This document shows positions 1 through 9,242 of a DNA stretch of 64,000 nucleotides, piece after piece. The notes below the pieces were generated by a model, which was given only the letters and a program-made list of their open reading frames with translations, made no database searches and had not been told where the DNA came from. The stretch is from contig DATNDC010000129.1 of NCBI GenBank assembly GCA_035607055.1, positions 8,999 to 72,998 of the forward strand, written 5' to 3'. How positions within the stretch are numbered: the stretch's first letter is position 1; every line of letters begins with the position of its first letter. The position numbers and the translations under genes were made by a program. The stretch is from Polyangia bacterium. Lineage in GTDB: Bacteria > Myxococcota_A > Polyangia > Fen-1088.

Positions 1-352
1 TCTGGACGAGGCGGGGGATGGTCCCGAACGGCTGGCCGATCTTGTCGCTGGGGCCCGATTCGATGAAGGGATCGCCGACCGCCGAGACGGAGCGCATCAG
101 CTCTTGCAGCTTCTCCTCGGGGTCGATGCGCGAGCCGCCGAGCTCGTAGCCGACGATGGGGATGCGCGCCGCGGGCATCGGCTCGGGCGCGGCGGGCTCG
201 GGCGCGGGGGGCGCGGCCGGACGTGGCGGTTTCTCGGCGGCCGGGGATACCGGTGGCGCCGGCGGTCCGGCGTCGGGCTCGCTCTGGCCGCGGGCATTCG
301 GTGCCGACAGAGCCAGCGCGAGCGCGACCGCGAGCGAGAGGGAGGCTTTCAC
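1..352 (-). CDS. Outer-membrane protein, BamA/TamA-like N-terminus (partial, continues past window start)
   Basis: Minus-strand frame is open from GTG at 352 to the window edge. It is absent from the ORF track because it has no stop in the window. It translates to VKASLSLAVALALALSAPNARGQ (signal peptide), a Pro/Ala linker, then IPIVGYELGGSRIDPEEKLQELMRSV (POTRA-like beginning). It starts 24 nt downstream of the TamB-like gene. Confidence 0.4.
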   Translation of the reverse strand, partial: MKASLSLAVALALALSAPNARGQSEPDAGPPAPPVSPAAEKPPRPAAPPAPEPAAPEPMPAARIPIVGYELGGSRIDPEEKLQELMRSVSAVGDPFIESGPSDKIGQPFGTIPRLVQ

Positions 353-376
353 GGGACGTGGGGCGTCCGGTTCACC

Positions 377-3300
377 TTACCTTCTTATCGCGTAGTCCAG
401 CCGCAATTCGAAGTTGTAATTGAGCGGCAGCGTCTCGGGCACCCCCTCCTCCGAGGAGAGCCGGATCTGTTCGATCCCCCCGCCGAGGCTGAAATAGTCG
501 AGCAGCCAGAGGTTCCCCGAGCCGTTCCAGTGGCTCTGGTTCTGGAATCCCTGCAGGTAGTCGAACTGCAGGTCGCCGTAGCGGCTCACGCGCTTGCGGA
601 TCCGCCCCTCGAACCCGTCGGAGCCGACGGTGAGTCGCAGGTTGAGACCCGTCAGGCGCTGGAACGTGTCGTCGATGTACGGCTCCATCAGGTTGGCCAC
701 CGTGTCGCGCGTCGCCTGGCCCGCGATGTCGGCGCTGGTCGACAGGTTCGCGCCCACGGTGGCGTTCTGCGTGCCGAACGGGCTGGCGTTCGAGGCGGAG
801 GTCCTGCCGGTCAGGAGCAGGAAGGCGGTCTGGTTGCGGTCGAGGCCGTCCTCGCTGGAGAGATCGATCTGCGCCTCGCGCAGCGGGCCGCTGATGCGCA
901 TGTGGACGTTGTGATCCTGGCCGTTGGCGTCGGTGACCAGGTTGGTCGCCTCGATCTCGATGTCGGGTGTGTCGCCGTCGGCGATCGACTTGGTGGCGAT
1001 GAAGGTCACGTGGTTGGCGTAGGGGACCAGGTCGAAGTCGCCGCGCATGAACGGGATGTTGAACCGCCCGTCGGTGGGCCGGATGTCGCCCGCCAGTTGG
1101 GGCACGGCCAGCGTGCCGCCCACGTGCAGGATGATGTCGGCGTGGATCTCGGGGGCGATGTTGTTCTGCACGACGAAGCCGTCGCCCACGGTGCGCACGG
1201 AGAGATCGAGGCGCAGCTGCTCGAGCAGCGGTTTGCCGTCGTAGAACGGACGCACCGTCGACTCGTCGACGCGGGGGCGCAGCGCCAGGTTCGAGACCTG
1301 AAACGCCTGTAGGTAGCGCCCGGAGACGAGGCGCACCTCGCCGCCCAGGCCGAACCCGTCGTCGACGCTCCCCTTGAGATCGAGGTCGAAGGCCAGGTCG
1401 TCGACCTCGAACACGCCCGGGCTGCGGTAGGTGAGTCGCTCGCCGTGCAGCGGCAGGTCGAAGTAGCCGGGCTGGAACGGGAACAGGTTGGTGAACTGGA
1501 CACGGCCGGCGCGCACGCCCGAGGCGCCGATGACCAGCATCCCCTGGTCGTCGAACAGCACCTTCACGTTGTGCAGGATGATCCCTTCGTTGCTGATCTC
1601 GACGATCCCGCTCTCCACCTGGACCTCGCTGCCGAGATCGCGCAGCCGAAAGGCGATGTTGTCGAGATCGAGCCGCCCGCGCACGTCGGGGTGAAGCAGC
1701 GTCCCGCGCAGGTGGGCCCGCACGTGCGCCTTCCCCTGCGCGTCCGAGACCGCGTCGGGCGCGGCGTAGGCCAGGAGGCGCGCGCTCACGTCGCCGTCGA
1801 CGTCGGCCTGCAGGTTCTCGGGGACGAACCCGGGGCCCAGCGTGGCGTGGCCGGAGAGCTTCATCGTCGAGCCGTCGACGGTGATGGCCAGGTTCTCGAT
1901 GCTCACGCCGCCGCCGCTGGTCATCGCGAAGCGCCCCGAGTCGACCACCACGTCGCGATAGAGGTCGCGCGGCCGGAGGTGGATCGGGTTGGCGACCACC
2001 ACCTCACCGCGCAGGTCGGGTCGATCGAGCGTGCCGCCCGCGGTGAGCTCGGCGCGCAGATCGCCCCCCAGGCGCTCGATGGCGCCGCCGCCGAGAAAGG
2101 GCTGGAGGAGCTCGAGATCGAGGTGCCCGGCCAGGGTGCCCGAGAGGGCCCGGCCGTCGAGCCGCCCTTCGACGCGCAGGTCGCCGCCGTCGGTGGAGAA
2201 GTGCGCCTCGTCGAGCGCGATGTGATCGCCGGCGACGTGGACGTGGACCGGGCGGGCCGCCTCGATGCGGACCCGCTGCATGGTGGTCTCGCCGTTGGGA
2301 CCGTCGACGGCGCGGGCGATCGAGAGCCAGAGCTCGGGGAGCAGCACGTCGAGCGCCAGCGGCTGGCCGGGATCGAGATCGATGGCCACGCGCCCGCTGG
2401 CCACGCTGCGCCCGTCGCCGAGCGCGACCAGCTCGGGGGCCAGCGTGTGCAGCTCGAGGCGGCGGAAGGCGACGCGCCCGTGCACGCTGGGCCCTTTGGG
2501 GAGCAGGGCGGCGTCGACGTCGACGTCGAAGCGATCGAAGAGCTGGCCGTGAATGGCGACGCCGGGCGCGCGCTGGGGCCCCACGACGGCCGGCGCCAGC
2601 GCCAGGTGCCCCTTGCCGAGCTGGACGCCGCGCACGACGATGTCGGCCAGATCGACGTCGCCGTGCAGCTCGGGCCGGTCGGGCCGGCCGCCCAGGTGCA
2701 GCTTCGCGCTGACGAAGCCGCTCATCGGCACGCCCGCGTCGGCCGCGCCGGGGATGGCCGCGATCGGGATCTTCGTCAGGTCGACGTCGAGGTCGAGATC
2801 CTGGTGGGCGAGGCCGATCCGGCCGTGCGCCTCCACCGCGCCGCCGCCCCGGCGCGCCACCCGAAAGCCCTCGACGAACAGTGATTTTCCGTCAGTCTCG
2901 AGAGCCACGGGCCCGAGCGAGAGCTTGTCGCCCAGCGCCTCGATGGGCGTGCCGGCCGGGATGGCCACGCGCGCCTTGACCGCGTCGAGCGGCCCGTGCG
3001 CGTCGGCGCTGACGGTCAGCCGCCCGCCCACGCCCGCCTCGGGCGCCAGCGTCGCGAGATCGATGTCGCGCGCGCTGAGCTTGAGGTCGACGATCGGCGA
3101 CTTGAGCGGTCGATGGGCGCTCTTTTCCCAGAGGCGCAGCGAGCCGTGCGCGTCGATCTCGCCGCCGAAGGCGGGCCCCGACAGCCGCTCGAGCCGCGCC
3201 AGGCCGTGCTCGAGCCCGAACTTGGCCGACAGCTCTCGCATCTTTCGCCCGCCGGCGCCGAGGTCGTGGACGGTCGCCTGGCCGGTGGCGCCCGGATCGT

Positions 3301-4897
3301 CGAGGCGACCACTGGCGCGCAGGTCGAGGCGGGCGTCCTTGGCCAGCGGCGGCAGCCCGAGCTCGCCGCAGAGGCGCGCCAGGTCCGAGGCCACCACCCC
3401 CAGCGCCAGATCGACCAGCTGGTGGTCGAGATCGAAAGTGCCGCGCGCCGTGGCGTCGGCGCCGGCCACCGAGACGGTCAATCCCTCGGTCTTCACCTGG
3501 CCGCCCGTCAGCTCGGCCCCGCCGCGGACGCGCACCTCGCGCGGCAGGCCGCGGGGGCCGCTGCGCGCGAACCGCAGATCGATCTTCTTGATCCGGGCCG
3601 CCTTCTTGCCGAGGTCGGCGTGGGCGTCGACCTTGCCGTCGAGCCGACCGCCGGCGAGCGGCCGCAACGCGCGCGGCAGGTAGCTCTCGGTGTGAAACCC
3701 GGTCAGCGCCAGCCCGGCGTCGAGCGCCAGCCGGTTGACGTCGAGATGCGCCTCGAGCGCCAGCTTGCCGCCCCCGGGCGCGCCGAGGCCGAAGTGGGTC
3801 ACGTCGACCTTGCCGGCGCCGCCGTCGAACGCGAGGTCGAGCCCGAGGCCGAGCGCCCGGTCGTCGCCGTAGCGGACGTCGAGGCCGCGGATGGCGGCCG
3901 CAACCTTGATCGTCTCGAACGGGCGGGTCAGCTCCGCCGTCACCGTGGCGTCGTCGCCGGTCACCGCGATGCCCGCGAGCCCCTTGCCCGCCGCGACGGC
4001 CGTGAGCGCGTCGCCGGCCTTGGCGAACGCCACGCGCAGATCGATCCCGGGCTTGTCGTCGGGGCCGGCGAGGCCGTAGATGCCGGTGAACGATCCCTTG
4101 CCCGAGAGCTGGCTTTTTCCGGTGTCGGCCTCGGCCAGGTCGAGCTGGATGTCGTCGGGGTGGTCCTGGCTGGTGGCGATCCGGTTGATGACCACCCGAT
4201 CGAACGGCAGGTCGTTGTCCAGGACGCGCAGCCAGCCGCCCCCCTCGGCGACGACCTGTCGCCCGTCGAAACCGAAGATCGGGTGCCGGGGATCGAGCGT
4301 CGACTGGATCAGCGACGCCGTGCCGTGCATGTCGCGCAGCTCGAGGCCCCAGACGCCGGGAAAGTCGAAGTCGGCGGTGAAGTCACCCAGCTCGGCGTCG
4401 GTGATCTCGAACTTCGAGCCCGGCCCCGGCGGCGCGCCGGGGGGCGGCGGGGGCGGCGGCGTCTTCGGCGCCAGCGCGGCCAGAAAGCCGATCGAATCGC
4501 CGTGCTTGAGCTGGGCGAAGCGCCAGAGCGCCTTGGGGACCCGCAGCTCGTGGATGGAGAAGCTGCCGCCGATCAGCGTGCGCAGCTGGACCTTCGCCTC
4601 CAGGTACGGGACGTCGAGCACGACCGTCCCCTCGGGGTCGACGATCTTCAGCCCCTCGACGGCGATCGGGCTGGGGGCGTCCGTGACGAGGTCGCAGAGC
4701 GCGCGCAGATGCCAGGTGACGCCGCCGATGTACATCTTGCCCGCGTTGGGCGGCAGGGCTCCCTCGATGAGGTGCCCGAGACGCGGGCCCTGGAGCACCA
4801 CCGAGGCGGCCAGCACGGCGAGGGTGACGAGCGCGGCCAGGCCCACCCCGGCGATGCGAGCCCAGCGGAAAAGACGTGCGAGGCCACCACTCGGCAA
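377..4897 (-). CDS. TamB/AsmA-like translocation-and-assembly-module protein (1506 aa)
   Basis: N-terminal membrane anchor (IAGVGLAALVTLAVLAASVVL). Very long beta-rich repetitive body with recurring G-x-L-D/DL..L.G motifs. Conserved DUF490-type C-terminus (LNYNFELRLDYAIRR). G/C-rich third codon positions throughout. Confidence 0.8.
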   Translation of the reverse strand: MPSGGLARLFRWARIAGVGLAALVTLAVLAASVVLQGPRLGHLIEGALPPNAGKMYIGGVTWHLRALCDLVTDAPSPIAVEGLKIVDPEGTVVLDVPYLEAKVQLRTLIGGSFSIHELRVPKALWRFAQLKHGDSIGFLAALAPKTPPPPPPPGAPPGPGSKFEITDAELGDFTADFDFPGVWGLELRDMHGTASLIQSTLDPRHPIFGFDGRQVVAEGGGWLRVLDNDLPFDRVVINRIATSQDHPDDIQLDLAEADTGKSQLSGKGSFTGIYGLAGPDDKPGIDLRVAFAKAGDALTAVAAGKGLAGIAVTGDDATVTAELTRPFETIKVAAAIRGLDVRYGDDRALGLGLDLAFDGGAGKVDVTHFGLGAPGGGKLALEAHLDVNRLALDAGLALTGFHTESYLPRALRPLAGGRLDGKVDAHADLGKKAARIKKIDLRFARSGPRGLPREVRVRGGAELTGGQVKTEGLTVSVAGADATARGTFDLDHQLVDLALGVVASDLARLCGELGLPPLAKDARLDLRASGRLDDPGATGQATVHDLGAGGRKMRELSAKFGLEHGLARLERLSGPAFGGEIDAHGSLRLWEKSAHRPLKSPIVDLKLSARDIDLATLAPEAGVGGRLTVSADAHGPLDAVKARVAIPAGTPIEALGDKLSLGPVALETDGKSLFVEGFRVARRGGGAVEAHGRIGLAHQDLDLDVDLTKIPIAAIPGAADAGVPMSGFVSAKLHLGGRPDRPELHGDVDLADIVVRGVQLGKGHLALAPAVVGPQRAPGVAIHGQLFDRFDVDVDAALLPKGPSVHGRVAFRRLELHTLAPELVALGDGRSVASGRVAIDLDPGQPLALDVLLPELWLSIARAVDGPNGETTMQRVRIEAARPVHVHVAGDHIALDEAHFSTDGGDLRVEGRLDGRALSGTLAGHLDLELLQPFLGGGAIERLGGDLRAELTAGGTLDRPDLRGEVVVANPIHLRPRDLYRDVVVDSGRFAMTSGGGVSIENLAITVDGSTMKLSGHATLGPGFVPENLQADVDGDVSARLLAYAAPDAVSDAQGKAHVRAHLRGTLLHPDVRGRLDLDNIAFRLRDLGSEVQVESGIVEISNEGIILHNVKVLFDDQGMLVIGASGVRAGRVQFTNLFPFQPGYFDLPLHGERLTYRSPGVFEVDDLAFDLDLKGSVDDGFGLGGEVRLVSGRYLQAFQVSNLALRPRVDESTVRPFYDGKPLLEQLRLDLSVRTVGDGFVVQNNIAPEIHADIILHVGGTLAVPQLAGDIRPTDGRFNIPFMRGDFDLVPYANHVTFIATKSIADGDTPDIEIEATNLVTDANGQDHNVHMRISGPLREAQIDLSSEDGLDRNQTAFLLLTGRTSASNASPFGTQNATVGANLSTSADIAGQATRDTVANLMEPYIDDTFQRLTGLNLRLTVGSDGFEGRIRKRVSRYGDLQFDYLQGFQNQSHWNGSGNLWLLDYFSLGGGIEQIRLSSEEGVPETLPLNYNFELRLDYAIRR

Positions 4898-4930
4898 TGG
4901 AGGACCATTGTGTCATAAACGCCCCGGGCC

Positions 4931-7705
4931 GTGCCTATGTCGCAAGCCACATCCAGCGGAAAGCCCAGCCTCTTCATCGTCGACGCGTTGAACTTTTTGT
5001 TCCGCGCGTTTCACGCCCTGCCACCTCTGACTACCACCAAGGGGCTGCAGACCGGGGCCATCTACGGTCTCTCCCAGATGATCTTGAAGATCGAGCGGGA
5101 AGAACGTCCCACCCATCTCTGCGTCGTGTACGACGCCCCGGGCGACAACTTCCGCCACGAGATCTTCGCCGACTACAAGGCGCACCGCCCGCCGATGCCG
5201 CCCGAGCTCGGCGCCCAGCTCGGGATGGTGCGCCGGGTGGTGGAGGCGTTCGGCCTGGCCCAGCTCGAGGTGCCGGGCTTCGAGGCGGACGACATCATCG
5301 CCACCCTGGCGCGCGTGGGCACGGCCGCCGGGATGGAGGTGGTGATCTGCTCGTCGGACAAGGACCTGATGCAGCTCTGCGGCGGCGACGTGTCGGTGCT
5401 CGACACGATGAAGAACCGCCGCTTCGGCGTCGCCGAGGTGAAGGAGAAGTTCGGGGTTCCCCCGGAGCTGGTGGGCGACGTGCTGGCGCTGATGGGCGAC
5501 AGCATCGACAACGTGCCGGGCGTGGCCGGCATCGGGCCCAAGACGGCGGCCGAGCTCGTCAACAAGTTCGGCTCGCTGGAGGCGCTGCTGGCCGGGGCAG
5601 GGGAGATCAAGGGGAAGCGCGGCGCTTCGATCGTCGAGGCGCAGGCGTCGATCCGGCTCTCGCGCGAGCTGGTCCGGCTCCGCGAGGACGTGCCGTTGCC
5701 GAAGACCCTGGCCGAGCTGCATCGGCTCGAACCCGATCGGGAGCGCCTCGGAGGTCTCTTCCGCGAGCTCGAGTTCTCGCGCCTCGCCGAGCAGCTGGGG
5801 GCGTTCGACCGGGAGAACGCCACCAAGGCCGGCGGCGGCCCCGGCGTCGTGGCCTCGGCGCCGCTGCCGGTGGCGCCGGCGCCGGTCCCGGCGCCGCTGC
5901 TGGCCGTCGACACCATCGTCGACCGCGCCGCGCTGGCGGAGCTGGCCCGGCAGATCGAGGCGGCCGGCGCGGTCGGGATCGCCGCGCTCTACGACGGCGG
6001 GTCGGCGGTGCGGGGCGATCTGGTCGGTCTCGCCTTCGCGCTGCCGGCCGGCCGGCGCGCCTACCTTCCGTTTCACCACCGCTACCTCGGCGCGCCCGCC
6101 TGCTTGCCCGAGGCGGCGCTCGCCGATCTCGGCCCCGTCCTGGCGGCCCCGGAGGTCGCCAAGCACGCCCACGACGTCAAGACGCTCGAGGTGCTGCTCG
6201 GCCAGCGCGGGCTGGCGCTGCACGGCGTGGCGTCCGATCCGATGCTGGCCGCCTACCTGCTCGACGCCGCGCGGACGCACTATGACCTCGACGTCGTCGC
6301 CGCCTCGGAGGGGGTGCCGCCGCCGGCGGCGCGCGGGAGCTGGATGGGGACCGGCGCCTCGGCCCGCCCGGGCTCGGACATCTCGGTCGAGGAGGTCGGC
6401 CCGCGGCTCTGCGCCGAGGCGGCGGCCACGCTGGCGCTGGCGGAGGTGCAGGCGCCGCAGATCATCCGGGGCGGGTTCCAGGCGCTCTACCGGGAGATGG
6501 AGCTGCCGCTGGCCGACGTGCTGGCCGAGGTCGAGTGCCGCGGCATCACGCTCGACGTGGGCAAGCTGCGCCAGATCGGCCAGGAGGTCGGCGCCGCGCT
6601 GGTCAGGTTGGAGGCGGAGATCCACGCGGCGGCGGGCGGTCCGTTCAACATCGCCTCGAACAAGCAGCTCGCCGACGTGCTGTTCGGCAAGCTCTCGCTG
6701 CCGGTCGGCCGGCGGACCAAGACCGGCCCGTCAACCGACGCGGATACGCTGGAGGAGCTGGCCGCGCTCCACCCGGTGCCCGCCAAGATCGTCGAATACC
6801 GGGCGCTGGCCAAGCTGCGCGGGACCTACATCGACGCGCTGCCGGCGCTGGTCAACCCGGCGACCGGGCGCCTGCACACCTCGTTCAATCAGGCGGTCGC
6901 CGCCACCGGGCGCCTCTCGTCCAGCAACCCAAATTTGCAGAACATCCCCATCCGCACCGAGATCGGCCGCCGCATCCGCGAGGCGTTCGTGGCCAAGCCG
7001 GATCACCTGCTGGTGTCGGCCGACTACTCGCAGATCGAGCTGCGCATCCTGGCGCATTTCTCCCAGGATCCGGCCTTTCTGGAGGCGTTTCGCTCGGGGC
7101 AAGACATCCACCAGCGAACGGCCGCCGAGGTGTTCGGCGTCCCCGTCGAGGGCGTCACCGCCGAGCAGCGGCGCATCGCCAAGGCGATCAACTTCGGGCT
7201 GGTGTTCGGGCAGAGCGACTTCGGGCTGGCCCAGGTGCTGCGCATCCCGCGCGCGCAGGCCCGCGCCTACATCGACAGCTACTTCGCCCGCTACGCCGGC
7301 GTGCGGGCCTACATGGAGCGGGCCATCGCCGACGCCCGCGCCTCGGCCGCCGTCTCGACGTTGCTGGGGCGCCGCCGCCCGCTCCCCGAGATCCGGGCCA
7401 CGCGGGCGCAGGACCGCGCCTACGCCGAGCGGATCGCCCGCAACACGCCCATCCAGGGCTCGGCCGCCGACCTGCTCAAGATGGCGATGATCCGGGTCGA
7501 GCGGGCGATCGCGGCGGGGACGGCCCCGGTGCCCGCGGCTGCGCTGCTGCTCACGGTCCACGACGAGCTGGTGTTCGAGGTCCCCGAGGGCTCGGTGCCG
7601 GAATTCAAGCAATGGATTAAGAACGAGATGGAAACAGTCTATTTGCTGGAGGTTCCCCTGGTCGTGGATGTGGGCGCCGGGCCGACCTGGGGCGCTGCGC
7701 ACTAG
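4931..7705 (+). CDS. polA: DNA polymerase I
   Basis: 5'-nuclease N-terminus (LFIVDALNFLFRAFHAL, GFEADDIIATLA). Family A polymerase motifs DYSQIELRILAH, RRIAKAINFGLVFG and LLTVHDELVFEV. Confidence 0.97.
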   Translation: MPMSQATSSGKPSLFIVDALNFLFRAFHALPPLTTTKGLQTGAIYGLSQMILKIEREERPTHLCVVYDAPGDNFRHEIFADYKAHRPPMPPELGAQLGMVRRVVEAFGLAQLEVPGFEADDIIATLARVGTAAGMEVVICSSDKDLMQLCGGDVSVLDTMKNRRFGVAEVKEKFGVPPELVGDVLALMGDSIDNVPGVAGIGPKTAAELVNKFGSLEALLAGAGEIKGKRGASIVEAQASIRLSRELVRLREDVPLPKTLAELHRLEPDRERLGGLFRELEFSRLAEQLGAFDRENATKAGGGPGVVASAPLPVAPAPVPAPLLAVDTIVDRAALAELARQIEAAGAVGIAALYDGGSAVRGDLVGLAFALPAGRRAYLPFHHRYLGAPACLPEAALADLGPVLAAPEVAKHAHDVKTLEVLLGQRGLALHGVASDPMLAAYLLDAARTHYDLDVVAASEGVPPPAARGSWMGTGASARPGSDISVEEVGPRLCAEAAATLALAEVQAPQIIRGGFQALYREMELPLADVLAEVECRGITLDVGKLRQIGQEVGAALVRLEAEIHAAAGGPFNIASNKQLADVLFGKLSLPVGRRTKTGPSTDADTLEELAALHPVPAKIVEYRALAKLRGTYIDALPALVNPATGRLHTSFNQAVAATGRLSSSNPNLQNIPIRTEIGRRIREAFVAKPDHLLVSADYSQIELRILAHFSQDPAFLEAFRSGQDIHQRTAAEVFGVPVEGVTAEQRRIAKAINFGLVFGQSDFGLAQVLRIPRAQARAYIDSYFARYAGVRAYMERAIADARASAAVSTLLGRRRPLPEIRATRAQDRAYAERIARNTPIQGSAADLLKMAMIRVERAIAAGTAPVPAAALLLTVHDELVFEVPEGSVPEFKQWIKNEMETVYLLEVPLVVDVGAGPTWGAAH

Positions 7706-7711
7706 CGCCAT

Positions 7712-7745
7712 GCAGCGAGCGCAGCCTGGCTTCGCCAGGCGGAGA
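7712..7745 (+). repeat. Partial copy (hairpin-1 module) of the intergenic repeat family
   Basis: gcagcgagcgcaGCCTGGCttcGCCAGGCgg forms a 7-bp stem with a 3-nt loop. Flanks (gagcgcag..) resemble those at 9116-9146 and 61309-61337. It lies just after the polA stop. Confidence 0.35.
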
Positions 7746-7775
7746 ACGACGGACGCGAAGCGCGGTCAGTCAGGT

Positions 7776-9107
7776 ATGATGGATGAACCGATGACGCGGG
7801 CGATCTCTTGGGGCGGTCTCGCCACCGGTTTGCTTGCGGGGGGGCTCGCGTTCGGCGGCTGCCACCGGGCGGCGCCGGCGGCGAGGGTCTGTCCGCCCGC
7901 GCCTCCGCCGGTCGCGGCGACGGTCGCCGCGCCGGACAAGGACCCGGCCGAGCCGCCGCCCCGGCCGCTCCGCCGCTGCTTCCCTGACCAACCCGCCTGG
8001 ATCGACGCGCCGGTGGCTGACCTGCTCGACAAGGCGGCGGCGCTGTTCGACAAGGGCGATTACGCCGGGACGCTGGCCTGCGCCGAGGAGGCCGCGCGGG
8101 CGGCGCCCCGTTCGGTCGAGGCGCACCACAACCGGGCGATCGCGCTCATGCGGCTCGACCGCCTCGACGAGGCGCGCGACGCGCTCGAGCTGGCTCTGGC
8201 GCTCTCCCCCGACGATCCGGAGACCCTGGAGGCGGCCGCCGACCTCCAGATCAACCAGCTCCCACCGTCGAACGATCGGTCGGCGCTCGGCCTCGAGTAC
8301 GCCCGCCGTGGCAGCCGGCACGTCTCGCGCCGCGACAGCGAGGAGGTCGCGCGGCTGGCGCTGCTCGAGGGGCAGGCGCTCATCGACATCGGGCGCGCCG
8401 GCGAAGCGCTGCGCCGGATCGACGCGGCGCTGGCGGCCCAGCCGCATTTTTCGGCGGCGGTCTACGAACGAGGCGTGGCGCTGTTCGAGCTCTGTCGCTT
8501 CGACGAGGCGCGCGCGACATTCACCCGCGTGCTCGCCGAGACGCCGGACCACGCGCACGCGCTCTACCACCTCGGCCTCATCGAGGAGCGCACCGGCGAC
8601 GAGCGGGCGGCCGCGCGCCACCTGGCCGCGGCCACGGCCGCCGATCCCAAGTCGTTCCCGCCGGCCCCGCAGATCTCGCAGCCGGAGTTCGAGGCGCGGG
8701 TGAAGCGCGCGGTGGGCGCGCTGCCCCCCGACTTCCAGCGCGATCTCTCGGGCGTGCAGGTCGAGGCGGCCGATCTGCCGGACCTGGAGGACCTGACCGC
8801 GGAGAAGCCGCCGCTGTCGCCGACCATCCTGGGGCTGTTCCGGGGCCTGCCGCTCGATTACGACGAGCAGGCGGCGGCGCCGACGCCGGCGGGGCGGTCG
8901 CGCAAGGGGCACGCGGCGCCGTCGGAGAGCGCGCCCGTGCAGTGCGAGGCCGGGGACCGCGCCATCGTCCTTTATCGTCGAAATCTCCTGCGCACCGTCA
9001 AGGACGGCGCCGAGCTCGACCAGGCGATCACCAAGACCCTGTTGCACGAGGTGGGGCACCTGCGCGGCGAAGACGACGGATCGCTGCGCGATCGCGGCCT
9101 CGAGTAA
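7776..9107 (+). CDS. TPR-repeat lipoprotein with C-terminal zincin-like metallopeptidase (DUF1025-type) domain
   Basis: Start moved to ATG 7776 so the product begins MMDEPMTRAISWGGLATGLLAGGLAFGGC (lipobox). TPR-like helices occupy the middle. The C-terminus carries LLHEVGHLRGEDDGSL (HExxH-like). Confidence 0.7.
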   Translation: MMDEPMTRAISWGGLATGLLAGGLAFGGCHRAAPAARVCPPAPPPVAATVAAPDKDPAEPPPRPLRRCFPDQPAWIDAPVADLLDKAAALFDKGDYAGTLACAEEAARAAPRSVEAHHNRAIALMRLDRLDEARDALELALALSPDDPETLEAAADLQINQLPPSNDRSALGLEYARRGSRHVSRRDSEEVARLALLEGQALIDIGRAGEALRRIDAALAAQPHFSAAVYERGVALFELCRFDEARATFTRVLAETPDHAHALYHLGLIEERTGDERAAARHLAAATAADPKSFPPAPQISQPEFEARVKRAVGALPPDFQRDLSGVQVEAADLPDLEDLTAEKPPLSPTILGLFRGLPLDYDEQAAAPTPAGRSRKGHAAPSESAPVQCEAGDRAIVLYRRNLLRTVKDGAELDQAITKTLLHEVGHLRGEDDGSLRDRGLE

Positions 9108-9115
9108 TACGTTTT

Positions 9116-9225
9116 GCGTCGAGCGCAGGCCGGCTTCGCTGGCGCCAGGGTCCCGAGGCGGGTCCGCCCGACTGGGGTGGCGTGGAGCTCATCGCGGGAG
9201 GGTTTGGGAACCCTTCCAGGGTTCC
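9116..9225 (+). repeat. Intergenic repeat family, copy A (hairpin-1 module and hairpin-2/3 module split by about 37 nt)
   Basis: 9184-9225 ggagctcatcgcgggagggtttgggaacccttccagggttcc matches 61335-61376 with 2 mismatches. 9116-9146 resembles the hairpin-1 module. Confidence 0.7.
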
Positions 9226-9242
9226 TGCTTTAAATTAGACGC

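Noticed and set aside
104-4918. Long + strand ORFs (104..1312, 1445..2884, 2553..3683, 2996..4918) overlapping the TamB-like gene
   Set aside because: They are antisense to a well-supported 1506-aa gene. Their products are Arg/Ala/Gly/Pro-rich low-complexity strings typical of off-frame translation of GC-rich DNA, with no motifs.
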